From NCBI GenBank assembly GCA_026914245.1, contig CP110439.1, positions 62,001 to 126,000 of the forward strand: a stretch of 64,000 nt of DNA, written 5' to 3'. This DNA comes from Puccinia triticina (taxonomy: Eukaryota). Made by a program: the position numbers and the translations under genes. The notes beneath the pieces were generated by a model. That model ran no database searches. It had not been told where the DNA came from and saw only the letters and a program-made list of their open reading frames with translations. Position 1 is the stretch's first letter. Each line of letters opens with the position of its first letter. Positions 39,726 through 52,049 of the stretch are shown here, in pieces.

Positions 39726-40230
39726 GCGGGTGTTCAAGTTGAACAGAGTAGCCAATTCACTGACAGCCATCCTCTTGAGCTCTAAAAACAGAAACGAAAA
39801 GAGGAGCGAATCAGCAAGCTGTGTCTCAAAAAAAAAAACACAGAAGAGGACTGACTTTTGCCGGTGCCCTTGCCAAGCGTGCTGTCAGTGATGTCTTGTT
39901 TGCCCTTCTGGAGGGCCAAGATGCGCTGCTTGATGGTGTTTGTGAGCATCACTCGCTTCACAAAGACCGGCTTTTCTTGGCCAAATCAATGGGCACAACT
40001 GTGTGGAACAACAACACAAAATCAGCGGGACGGACGGGCAAAGCGGCGGAGAGGAGGAAAGGTTGCTTACTCGAAAGCTTGCTTCTTGCTGGCTGGCGAC
40101 CAGGCAAGATTGAGGGACACGACACCTGGAAAACCCCGACCCATAAGATCAATCAGCAAGGCCCGTTGATCACGAAGGCACAAAAAGGGAGAGAGAACTG
40201 ACAATTGGCGCAGGTCAAGTTGAGGCTGAC
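39726..40230 (-). pseudogene. Intron-containing 3' fragment of a Rad5/Rad16/Ris1-like SNF2 helicase gene
   Basis: Four spliced exons read VSLNLTCAN|xVVSLNLAWSPASKKQAF|DCAH*FGQEKPVFVKRVMLTNTIKQRILALQKGKQDITDSTLGKGTGK|KLKRMAVSELATLFNL, matching HELICc motifs V-VI; TGA at 39988-39986. Confidence 0.85.
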
Positions 40231-40549
40231 TGTAAGAGTCTTGCAGACTCTTCACTGGACAGGATGGACTGGAGCTCAAATGAGGCTCTAGGGCCAGATT
40301 TCTATGTCCAACGGGTCTTTTGATTTCACTAGCGCCGGTAGAGAGAACAGTAGTTGGAAGATCTCTCAGTACATACAAGCCTTTTTTATCAGTAATGAAA
40401 AGAGAGACTTACCTAGCGCCGGTAGAGAGAACGGTAGTCGGAAGATCTCTACCGGGCTAGGATGGAAAAGAAGAGAGTTAAGTATTTGTTGTGCTTATGT
40501 AAGATCACAACAGGTCTTGTGAAACTCCGCAGAAGGCGGGGGATTCACA
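40231..40549 (-). mobile_element. 3' LTR of a minus-strand LTR retroelement
   Basis: Minus strand TGTGAATCC...CTCTTACA, preceded by polypurine tract AGAGGGGGAGAC (40561-40550); contains an internal ~37-bp duplication. Confidence 0.75.
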
Positions 40550-43500
40550 GTCTCCCCCTCTATAAAAAAATATGAAACTGGTTGAGAAGAATTAAATAAT
40601 CAATGAGGGGATTGGGGAGAAGGAGAAGGGAGTTGAAAAGAAACTTGTTGACTCAATGGGGAATACTGGGTAGGGGGAGGGGAAAGCGGGGAGGGGATCA
40701 CTGGTGGCGGATAGCAAATGTCACTTTGAACTTCTTCCGTTGTTTTTGTTTGAGTTTGGGCATCCGGCAATGTCAGGGTGCCGTGGATGGGGTCATCAAC
40801 AATGAACACAAACGTAGTGCTCATGGTTGAGTGCATGGGGATTTGGTTGATCAAAGGAGTGTATTCTAGGGGTGGTCGGACGGGGGGTCGTTGAGGGCGT
40901 AATAAAAAACGGTTAATCTTGGGGCCTAAGCAGATTCGCCCGCGTAAGCATCTCCCCGCATGTAGTTGGTGAAGGCTTCAGGGAGGATAAGGGGAGGGGG
41001 TTACGCACTCTGCGATTTTGGTCAAGGTTGTTTCAGTCGGGTCTCCCAAGAGGTGGTCCACACAACGCTCATCAAAAGTTGGATCTGCATCTTGGTTGTC
41101 AGAAGTTGCGGTCGCCGCAAGCCCAAGGTTCTTGTAATAGATAGGATTTTCTTCAACATCATTGACAAAATCAGAATCGGACAAGGGGCGGCATTCCTCC
41201 GCTACAATTTCATCAAGTGAGAGGCCAGCGAGTTCATTCCCTTGGGCTGCTACGTCAATTTCGCGGTAGATTGCTATTGCGCTCGCCAAAAGAGCTGGGT
41301 ATTTGTCTCTCGTAAGAGCAGCTAAGCCCGCTGGGGGAGCTGAAGTACGCCCTGGGCCAGAATTTGGGTTCTTGGGTGGTTGAGAAGTTGACCAAGCTTG
41401 GGGGGGCGTATAGTTGGGAGGTTTTGGAGGGGTTATAAAGGAGGGAGGAATCTCAACGTGGGAACCATTGAAGGGGCCAGGGCAGAGGCAGTTTGGGCTG
41501 CCACAGTGATTCTTGCAGAAGTGGCAGCGTCCTACCTAGTCGAGGTAGGAGTGTATGCGCCACACAATATCAGAACCGCCAGCATTGCTTGTGGTTGGAG
41601 AGGAAGTGGTGAAGGGTTGGAATCGGCTCATTGGTTGTCTTGGGAGCGCTTCGTAGAATGTGTTGCAGCGTTGTTCAAAGAAACTGTATAAAAATTCCTT
41701 AGCTTCAAGGAGTTGCCACTCCTTGACTTTAGCTTTGAGATCTTGAGGCATGCCGTAGACCATGAGCTTTGCTAGGCCAAGGTCCGATAGTGTTGGTTTG
41801 TCAAAGTTGAACAAACTTTGTAGGGTACGGGCCCTGGTACTGTATAAGGCAAACGTCTCCTTGTCTGTTGAAATTCCAGTGCTACCGGTCTCTCCCTCTT
41901 CCTCTTTCCCTTCCCTGTCACACTTCTCCTTTCCCTGTCACTCCCTCACTCCCTCCAGATTGCATATGCATAGTTCACCTTCTGTCCCACATTCTGGCCC
42001 CTCCACTTGTAATAGCTTATATATCCCTGGCTTAGACAGAAATAAACCATCTGCTTTCTGCGCGCATTTCCCTGAGGTCTCTACGGCATACAACCTCTTG
42101 CAGCGTGTGCGCTTTTCCGCCACGCAAGCTAGCAGCTTCTAGCCCTCCTTGAGGGCTTCCTTGGCCCCCTTTGTTGTTGTCCTCTGAGCATCCTCGAGGT
42201 TGTTTTTCCTTTGGGTCATCTCTCATCTCTTCGACCTCCGGCCATAGCTTCAACATTGTCCAGCATTGAAAGATGTTGTATCTTCTCCTCAAGATCATCA
42301 CGCCAGAAGGTCGGAAGAGCCACCTCAAAAAGGCACGCCTTGAAGTCAGCCCAGGGACGTCCCATGTAGCTGTCTATTTCGGTTTTGTAAAGGGAGATCA
42401 GGTTGGTTTCGTCGAGTAGGCCCCCAACGATGTCAAGCTTGTCGTTCTCGTCGGTGATGTCACGGGTCTTGAAGTAGATCTGTACACTTTGGACCCAATT
42501 GAGGAAAGGCTCCACCTCCCGAAAGGGGCCGGAAAATTTGGGTCCATCCGCTCTGAACCAACGGCGGTCGATCCGGTTCGACTTGGACGTGTCAGGGAGG
42601 GCGGTGGTTTGACTGGCCGTTGTTGTGGCTAAAAAAAGTTTCTCCAGCCGGTCTATGCGGCCTCCGGCTTCCTTGCAATCCGCCTGCGCTTGTAGCGCCG
42701 CGTTGTGTTGGATTTCTAAGATCATCTTGACCCAGCCTTTGGCTGAGTCTGGCTTTTCGGGGGCTTCTGCTGTAGCTGTGGCGGGTCTCTTTCCTTTCCC
42801 ACCGGAAGGGTCGGCCTTGGAGCTCGATGGGGGTGGGAGGCCTGAGTTCAGCATGTTCTTGGGAATGTTAGCCTTTGGGAGAAGACCCGCAGATGCTGAT
42901 TCAGTCAAGTCGAGTGTTGCGAGCTTTCCCGTCAGCAAGGATATGTCGGGGCAATCAGTAGGTCGGATGAGAGGGGAAATGAAGGTGGTCATGAAGACCG
43001 GGAGGGGAGTTTCAATAGGATCCACCGAGATTGGTGTTGTAGCCGGGCTACAGATACCAGACGGGTACCCCCCGTTCTGGAGGTGAGATACAGGAGGCAC
43101 CCGCCTTCCTCGCCTAGTTCGGACTCGTGCCGGAGTTAGTGTAACGAATGGCTTTGATAATTATAGTTCTTGCGCTGTTTTGCGCGAAATAATGTAAGCC
43201 ATGATCGGCCGATCATGATCGGAAAAGGGATTGCTTTATTAATTCGTTGGCATGATCGATGACGTATTGTTTGTTATGATGTCATCGATTTCGTATACCT
43301 ACTCTTTCTTCGCGAGTTGTCTTTCCTTTCCTTCCTTCCTCTCTTTCCCTATCGTGATATTCTTTGTCATAGTTTTCCTCACCTTTAAAGTTATCATTTA
43401 TCCGGAGAAATTCCAATTCATAAAGTTATAACTCAAAATCGATAATCCTTATACATATAAACTTCATCAAACGTGACTCGGGAAACTTCACAATCTTATT

Positions 43501-44210
43501 TATCCTAAGCTTATTAGACAAGCATTTGGCGAACTATCCTCTCGGATAGTTTCATAGCCATTATAGCGAACTGTTTAGTAGGCCAGGCCTCACAGTTAGG
43601 CTAAAGCGCCTCCTTCCTTTCTTCTTGCTACAGCCGCAGGGGTTGTCCTGTACGGCTGTAGTCTCTTTCTTGTACCCCTGTATTCAGGGTAGTCACATGT
43701 TGTTGTTTCATTCTCGAGGCCACTATATAAAGTGGCCTCTCTTCAGTTGTAGGGGTTTTTCCCCAGTTCCTTTTTTTAGTCGGAATCCTAGACATAGCTA
43801 GTTTTCCTCATCTGTGCGCGCGCCCCTCCCGCTGAGCCTCTGTCATCTGAAGAGCCCCGCTTCAGTGGTAGCGAGAGCTAAAGTCAACCATCTGATCATA
43901 ACAACTTGTCATAATTACTATAATTTTTTTTTACCTACTTACTTCGGATTTACTATCACACCATCCAACGCACCCGTCACCGTCCTCCGTTCAAGGATCT
44001 TCTTATCCTCCTCGCCGCTAGAACCCTGCGGTCAGTCGAGGTTTCAGTTTTTTCTTCCTACTTCCGAGTTCCGTGCGGGTTCGTCCCAAAGTCCATAGTT
44101 TGTGACAGTTGTTGTCGCCCTGTTAAGAGGGTGACGCCTCTGGGTGAGGTTCAGCAACAGAATAGCGAGCATAGTGCTTGAAGAAGAGAGAAGGGCTCGA
44201 GATAGCTTAC
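40550..44210 (-). mobile_element. Internal region of a gag-only (non-autonomous or deleted) Ty3/Gypsy-like element
   Basis: ORF 43100..42216 with gag-like DGPKFSGPFREVEPFLNWVQSVQIYF..DKLDIVGGLL; later fragments include GRCHFCKNHCG; no RT or integrase motifs seen before the PPT. Confidence 0.65.
43140..44107 (+). mobile_element. Solo LTR (968 bp) inserted in the gag 5' region
   Basis: TGTAACGAAT...TTTGTGACA with TATATAAAG at ~43724; flanks GTTAG/GTTGT (imperfect TSD); removing it plus 5 bp restores the host frame ...RATT-TPARVRTRRGRR-VPPVSH. Confidence 0.7.
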
Positions 44211-45334
44211 TATTTTTTGTCTTTACCACCCTCCACGCGTCGTCTAGATGTCAAACATGGGAAAAGTCGCCCACAGCCCAAAGGGAAAGTTCCGCAAAGG
44301 CTCTTCGGCCGATCTCGGCGAAGTCCCGCCAGGGCCGGTGTGAGAATGAAAGCTGGTTGGCTGGTGAAGAATGTCTGCTAACCGCCTCCTTCAAGAATAT
44401 TGATGTCCAGGCTGTGTGATTGTCGGTAACTCGGCTCCGCACTGCTATATTCCGCTAGCCTTCAGCGCTCCTCTACTGAGCCTGATCTCTAGCGTAATAA
44501 TCCGCAAGTGAATAAAGCTCCGCACGTCGCAAGCACAATAATCCGCAAGTAACTCTCAAATAAGGATAAGAACACAGATATTCTCTCAATAGCTCTTGTA
44601 CGTCTGTAGTTGTAAGTACAATGATGATGAGTGTAATCCGTAATAAGATAGGATAAGGATAATCCTCCCCAAAAAGAGAGCCAAAAAACCCTTTCCGTCC
44701 TCCCCTCCGCACACATTGCCGTTCCCACCCAATCCCGCACGTCTGACACTTTCCCGCACTAGTCCGCCTACTCCGCCCGCTATCCCGCTCGTCACTTTCC
44801 CAGACTCCGCTCCTCTCCGACGCTTGCCCTCCCACCGTCCTCTGTCTAGCCCCCGTCAGTAGTTCTCTCGCCACCGCCTTCACCCCGGTTCCACCCGCTG
44901 ATGGAACCCGCTCGAGCTGTCATGGCTCACCCGCTGACGCGCCGCTGCTACCAGTCCACGTGTGTAGTCCCGCCGCAGTCCAGCCCTGTCTTTTTCCGCT
45001 CTGATCCGAACGCCCGATCCGAAATCCGCAATCCGCAATCCGTGCATTCCAATCCGCGCGTGACTTTCCATAAGCTTTCCTAGCGTGCTTTCCTGACCTC
45101 ATCCTCAGTGCTTATGTCACTGGAATGCACCATGCCTGAGCGGCTTTGTGCATTCCCCGCCCGCGCTATCCCCGCGTGGACATTCTACCGCGCTCGCCTA
45201 TATAAATCACCACATCCGCCCCAGTTTTGAAGTCCTGCCCCCAGGATCTTCCCACACATTTGCCTGCTCCCACACTCGTCACACATCCCCCATACACATC
45301 ATCCTCCTTTCCCCCACATCTCTCCCCGTTCAAT

Positions 45335-46740
45335 ATGGTAGCTTGCGATTGCTGTACTCGACTTGGATTACCCTGCGTCTACTCCCGCGCTGGTCGTGCG
45401 TGTAACAACTGTAGGGATTCAAAACGCCGCTGCTCCGCCTTCACTCCGAAATCCGACAGCTCCCGCAGAAACCGCAAATCTCAAAACCGTCCACCGCCAT
45501 CTGGGTCCCGAAGCTCTCGTGCGGAACGTTCCCCGTCTGTTATCTCGGTCAGTTCTTGCACCAAGTCGCCCTCCGCACACGGTGAAGATCTTATGACGCC
45601 GCCACCCAATCGTGCCGACTGCTCGAGCGCCAAAGAATACGTCCAACAAGCCCAGGTGTGGGCCCGTAAACACGGCGTCAACAGACCTTTAGTCAAAGAG
45701 CGTCTCAAATGTCCTCAAGAACCCGCATCAACACCTGCTGCTGGACCTTCATTGGCTGTCGCACCTTCTCCCACTGCTGGTTTGAAGCACCCCTCTGCGG
45801 ATTCTACGGATCGATCCTCGAAGCGTCCGTGCCCAGCCGGTTCTCAGACTCTGGGTCTCGCGGCCCGTCTTTCTGCTCGTCCACGTGACCCAACGCCGAT
45901 CATTCTCTCTCCCAAGCCCACGTTTCCCCAGGCTCCCGGTAAGTAACTTTCCGCTTCTACTTGTCAAGCCGTTGCTAACCATTGACCGCTTTTTCCGCTC
46001 AAGCCACCCCAGCAAGGGACACCGAGATGGCACCTGAAAATTTGTCCCATACTCCTTCTGGCTCGCCGCCCAGCTCCCCGCAGTCCGTTCCGCACGCCGA
46101 AGTCCCGCAAGCCAGAACCGCCCGCGCCGCCTCGATCCACACGTTGGAGTCCACGGACCCGCCTTCTCCGCGGGCCGATACCACTCCAAAAGCGCCTCGC
46201 CTCCTTGCCCCGTCAGCCGCTACTATTCGCGCCGCATCTCCTGACTCTCCGACTCCACGCCCTCGAGCCTCGTCGGTACCCATCCACCTGCCGCCGCCTG
46301 CCGAGCCTGCCGCGGACACCGAAGCCGCGTTGCTAAATCGCCAACTCGCGGAAATCTCCCGCGACCTACGCGACACCTTCCCTGACAACCCCCTCTGGGA
46401 ACAAGCCGTGTTCCCCGCTGCTGCCGTACTCGACTTCGTAGGCGCCTTCCGTGATATGTACCGCGCTCTGCTCCACATCTCCGCGATAACACCCGCACAA
46501 CGCGCCATAGGTACGCATTCTTCCTTGTCGGCATCAACCAGCTCGTCGAACGACTTGAGCTGGCCATTGTTGTTCCCGCCGACGAAAGTACTCTACGAGC
46601 CCAACAGAACATGGAGGAAGCGCTACGGAACGAGCCGCACCCCGCACAACCCACCGCCGCAGACTATGATGCTCCTATCCCTGCGGAGCGCATTCGTACG
46701 GAGCGTACCCGCCGCTCCTCTGACTGCAGACTTCCCTAGC
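45335..46740 (+). CDS. Zn(II)2Cys6-like cluster protein with a Pro/Ser-rich tail, embedded in retroelement sequence
   Basis: MVA-CDCC-TRLGLP-C-VYSRAGRA-CNNC-RDSKRR-C fits C-x2-C-x6-C-x8-C-x2-C-x6-C; TATAAAT at 45201; intron 45939-46003 joins ORFs 45227 and 45982 in frame; the 3' end is unresolved. Confidence 0.6.
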
Positions 46741-47328
46741 TTCCCCTTTTTTTTCCGCTTTGTCTTCTCTTTCTTTTGTCGTCTCCCCCTTGTATATAGC
46801 CCTATCCTGCGGAAACAATGCTCGTAATACACGCGCAGTCTATGTTCCGCACCCGGATAGTTTCCGCCTAGAGAGAGCTACCGAGAATCCAAAGCAAAGT
46901 GAGCAAAAACAGAGGTCCGCCATCGCAAAAAAATTTATTTATAAGTGCTTGGACCGCCCCAGAATGAGAACCACTTAGTCCCCGCACTTCTTTTTTCCAT
47001 TTTTATCCTTCTTCTTTTTTTTTTTTTTCTTTTTTTTTTTTTTTTTACCACCTTTTACCATACACCATCCAGAAAGAAACCGCAATCCATGAGAGAGAGA
47101 AACCAGAGAAAACGCAATCCACAAAAGAAAAACCAGAAAAGCCGCAATCCACGAGAGAGAAATTCCGCAAGGTACCTGGTCCGCCCCAGAAGGATTTTTC
47201 CGCACAAAATCCCCGTACCCTGCACCTAGAAATACAGATAGACAACAAGCCAGTGAAACGTATAACAAAACTTAAACCGAACTCTATAGGATAACGAACA
47301 TTCTGGGGTGGCTATGTAACCTGGCTGT

Positions 47329-47671
47329 TGTTGAGATATTGGTTTCAGTTGTGTTTTCTCTTCTCTTTCTATGCTTTACACATTTCACCCAGGTTTCACA
47401 GATCATTTCACATGTATGTAGTATACCTGAGCTCAGCGGGCGTGGAAGGATTTCTCCCTCATCCTTCCACCACCATTGCCCACTCGACCCGCCTCGTGCC
47501 CGCTGGTCTCAGGTATAGTAGCTCTCTCTTTCTTTCTTGTTGTCCTTCTTTGTTCTTCTGCTTCTCTAGTCTGATGTGAAATGATTATCATCCTTCCACC
47601 ACCATTGCCCACTCGACCCGCCTCGTGCCCGCTGGTCTCAGCCTTTGTTCAGCTTATCAGGTTATGAGCCC
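47329..47671 (+). mobile_element. Copia 5' LTR (47329-47659) and primer-binding site GGTTATGAGCCC (47660-47671)
   Basis: TGTTGAGA...TTATCA followed directly by the Ty5/copia-type PBS complementary to the internal half of initiator tRNA-Met; ~53-bp internal direct repeat (47460 and 47589). Confidence 0.85.
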
Positions 47672-47723
47672 GCGCTAGGCTCCAGCTAAGAACAACGACG
47701 CACGTTAAATATTGTACCGTTGA

Positions 47724-50700
47724 GTGGCGATAGTGTTTTCTATCCCAAAGGATCAATTCTCTCCTCGCACAATGTCGGACGCTTCCGGCTCAAAGCCGAT
47801 ACCGGCTCTCACCCTTGGAGTGGGCCTGAATGACGACCACTCTTCCCCAAAGATTCAACGAGCTAAGCTCCTCACCCTCAAAGCACCTGACTCCGACTCA
47901 AACTACTCGGACTGGGAGTATCAGGTTACAATGCTTCTAGATAACGCCAATCTGCTGTACGTCCTCACGCCCATCGCACCAAAAGAACGACCAGCTACCT
48001 GGGCAAGAGACAACAAGGCCGTCTGCACCCTCCTCTCCCAAATTGTCGATCCGACGAATTTTCGCTACACCAAACCGCATCAAACTGACACTGCCAAGGC
48101 GTGGGAAGCTCTTCGTTTGGCTCATAAGGACTGTTCGGCTGGGGGTCGCATGTACTGGCTCCGAAAACTCTCCACCTCCAAAATGGAAACTGAAGACATG
48201 CTAGACCATATCGACTCCGTTGCTAAAGTGGCGGAACGTCTCGACGAGCTTGTCACTGAGGAAAAACCCCTTACCACCTACGAAATCCACGCAACAGCTC
48301 TCATCAACTCTCTCCCAAGTGACTGGATCAACTGTATTTCCTCCCTCATGAACCAACCTAAAATTTCAGCGGAACAGGTCGCCATGTCTCTCCGAAGCGA
48401 ATATCTTCGTAGAAAGACGTACAACGACGATGAACCCGTCGTGGTTTCCTCAACCAAGGCCAAACATCACGCGGAGAAATCCTCCTCTTCCAATCCAGCC
48501 AGTCGAGGAGGACAAAACTCCCGCTCTTCCCCTCGCCATTGCGACTTCTGCAACGTGGACGGCCACGACCTGAACAATTGCAGGAACACCCGTGCTATAC
48601 TGGCCAACCATAAGGCAGGTCAGAAACCCAGGTCGGAAGCCAAGGATCAGGAAAGACGCCCGGATCACCCGACTAAACCTGCAGCTAAAGCGGGTCGCAC
48701 CTCGGCGGCCACCCTCGGTAACTCGTCACACCGATACGAGGAGGACAAGGAATCTGACTACTCAGGGTCTCAACTTGAAGTCGTCGCTGGCAATGCAGTC
48801 GCTGCCCTCTCGGCTTCCCCGGGTGCACGCGCAGGAGGCGATGCCAATCTCGACTCCGGATGCTCCTTCTCGATGACCCCTGACTTGACATCTGTTGAAA
48901 ATGCCAAACCAGACCACACTCCCATTCGTCTCGCCGACCATTCAGTGGTTGAAGCCACCCACAGAGGCACAGCCAAACTACCAATCAATGGCGATGTCAA
49001 GGTTAAAACTCTGGTTGTTCCCTCTCTTCATGAACCTCTTCTTTCAATTGCTGCAATGTGCGACGCCGGTGTCACAGCAGTATTCACAAAATCCTCCTGC
49101 GACCTCTACCATTCGGACTCGACTCAAATATCCGGATCTCTCTCAGGTCGAGGTTACCGACGCGGGAATCTGTACTACCTGGCAGCGGAGCCTGTGAGCT
49201 CTCATTCCACTAAGACGCTAACCCCCTCACCCATTGACAATTCCCTTCTGTCGTACCACTATCTTTTCTCCCACATTGGATTAAAACCCCTCAAAGCCGT
49301 TCTAAAAGGCCATCAAATCAACCCCTCAATCATGAACGAGATCAAGGTGCAACAATGTCCCATCTGCGTTCAATCAAAAATGCCGCGAAACTCGTTCCGA
49401 TCTTGCTCTGCATACCAATCAACCCTCCCGGGCGAGCTGATTCACTCTGACATTGGTTCGTATGAGGTTGTATCACGCGAGGGGTATAAATACTTCATCA
49501 CTTTTATCGACGATTGTTCTAAATTTCTCCAAGTCTACCCTATGAAATTAAAAAGTGATTCATTCGCATGCTTTAAAACCTTCCGTGCTTTCTTTGAGAA
49601 ATCCGGCGCCCACAAGATACTTGCTCTTCGCACCAATAACGGCGGAGAGTACTTATCAAATCAATTTACTTCCTATCTGTCGTTGGCAGGCATCAAACAC
49701 GAGCCTGGCCCTCCTCATTCGCCAGAACTAAATGGTGTGGCAGAGCGCACAAACCAGACAATAAGTAATCTGGTGAGATGCTCACTTCTTCAAGCAAAAC
49801 TCCCAAAATCATTCTGGGCCGATGCTCTCCGACATGCGATCTTCCCTTACAAGTCCTTCCCCTGCAAGACCCCAAGTGGATTCCTAGCTCCCGCCTCAAT
49901 AATGGGGGATCACGAGGTGGATATCAAAAAACTCCGTCCCTTTGGCTGCCTCGTATGGTACAAGGTACCGGAGGCAAACCGCAAGAAACTCGATCGGAAG
50001 GGGCGTGCCTCAATCCTCCTGTCTTATCTCTCGGACAGGAACGGTTTCAGATTGTGGGATCTTGAGAACTGCTCGGTTGTTAAGTCCCGTGATGTTATAT
50101 TTAATGACACGTTATTCCCCTACGGAGCAAAACTAAACTCCCCTTCCGAATCGATCGCAGTGGAATTGTCCTGGCCCCATCTCAAAAACTCTCTGTCACC
50201 ACAGGTCTCTCCCCCACTCCAACTATCCAACCAGGAGGAACAACCTCCTCCACTCAACCTCCCGGCGTCGACCTCGCCACCACCACCCACTCGTTTACCC
50301 CCAAGGGTTGCTACGCCTGATTTGCCACCTCTCAATGTACCTCTCCAGCCCCGCTTTGACCGACGCCTGACAGCCTCAATTCACGCGCCGGGTAATGCCC
50401 CACGAACTCCAGACACGATTTCCTCAGGGACTGATTCCCCGAGACGCTCCCCCTTCCAATCTCCCACACATTCCTCTCTTGATGATCTCTCTACTCAAGA
50501 TATTTCGATCATCTCTCTTCCTCCACTTCCCTCTTCCCCCCCTTGTTCCCCTGCTCTCTCTTCTCATCGTTCTCCTTCTCACTCACCCCTTCCCTCGCCG
50601 CCTCGCTCACCGCCCTCCAATCCTCAATCGAAGCCCTCAAACACTCCCGGTGTCCCTCAGTCTTCACCACCAAAAGCTCCGTCCCCAAAGCCTCCTTCAC

Positions 50701-52049
50701 CGCCTCCTCGACGACGTTCAGGGCGTGAGCGCAGAGCACCCAATCGTTACGGCCAATGGTCAAAGAACGCAACTGTGGACTTGGACATCGATACACCAAA
50801 AACTTGGTGCCAGCTCCTGAAATCCCCGAATAAACACCGTTGGCTGAAGGCTGCCGAAGATGAGTTTGCTTCCCTATTGGGAATGCAAACTTGGAAACTC
50901 GTACCCCGTCCGGATGAAAGAAAAATAATCAAGTCCAAGTGGGTCTTCAAGGTCAAACGCCGACCCGATCAGACAATCCAAAAACTCAAAGCCCGCCTGG
51001 TAGCCATGGGATATTCTCAGGTCCAGGGCCTAGACTATGATGAAGTCTTCTCACCAACACTTCGTCTGGAAACCCTCCGTCTCATTTTTTCCCTTCTAGC
51101 AAGCCGCGGGTGGAAAGGCCGCCAGGTTGATTTCAAGACAGCCTTCTTAAACAGACACCTCGATAAACCGATCTACATGGAGCAGCCGCCGGGCTTTGAG
51201 GACCCTCACCATCCCGACTGGGTATGCGAAGTGACCCGCTCGATATACGGATTGAAACAATCTCCCCGCCAATGGAACCGTGAGCTTCACAAAGCTCTCC
51301 TAAACCTTGGTCTTAAGAACTCTCATTATGATCCCACCCTGTACTTCAAACTAGCCGAAGGGAAACTCATAGGTGCTTTGACCACACACGTTGATGATCT
51401 AGCCATTGTCGGTGAACCTTCCTTTGTAGACTCCCTCATATCCTCCGTTGGCAAACAATTCAAGATTGGCGCCGACAAAGACCTCAATCACTTTCTCTCG
51501 CTGCAAATCACCCGCGACATACCTGCCCGATTCCTCTTCCTCAATCAAAGTCACTACATCTCAGAAATATGTGATTGGTTCCTAGAGTCTAACTGTGTGT
51601 CAGTCGCCACCCCAACCAATGTCAACTTCAAGAACCTGACTCACCGTCGCCCAAATGAACCTGCGTCTCCTGGGCCCTACCCACAACTTATTGGTGCACT
51701 TCTCTGGGTCTCACAGTGTACCCGGCCAGATATCTCCTTCGCTGTCAATCGACTCTCTCAGTACCTGCGGGATCCATCCGTTGCTCACTGGTCCGCAGCG
51801 GTGAGAGTCCTGAATTATCTCCTTGCCACCAAAGATCTGAAACTGCGTTTGGGCGGCAATCTTGTATGTTCCGGTTACTCAGACTCAGACTGGGCCGAGG
51901 ATTGAGACGATCGAAGGTCCACCTCTGCATACACATATTGCATCGGAGATGGAGCAATATCCTGGAAGTCCAGGAAGCAGGCAACGGTCTCCCTTTCCAG
52001 CACCAAGGCAGAATACAAGGCCTTGTTGGATTCCTGCAAAGAGGCTCTT
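47724..52049 (+). mobile_element. Ty1/Copia gag-pol polyprotein, 3'-truncated with a premature stop
   Basis: Zn knuckle CDFCNVDGHDLNNC, protease LDSGCS, integrase IHSD/FIDD/NGVAER, RT KARLVA..YGLKQSP..HVDD, RNase H YSDSDWA; TGA at 51903, frame continues ISWKSRKQ..STKAEY to ~52049; no 3' LTR. Confidence 0.95.
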
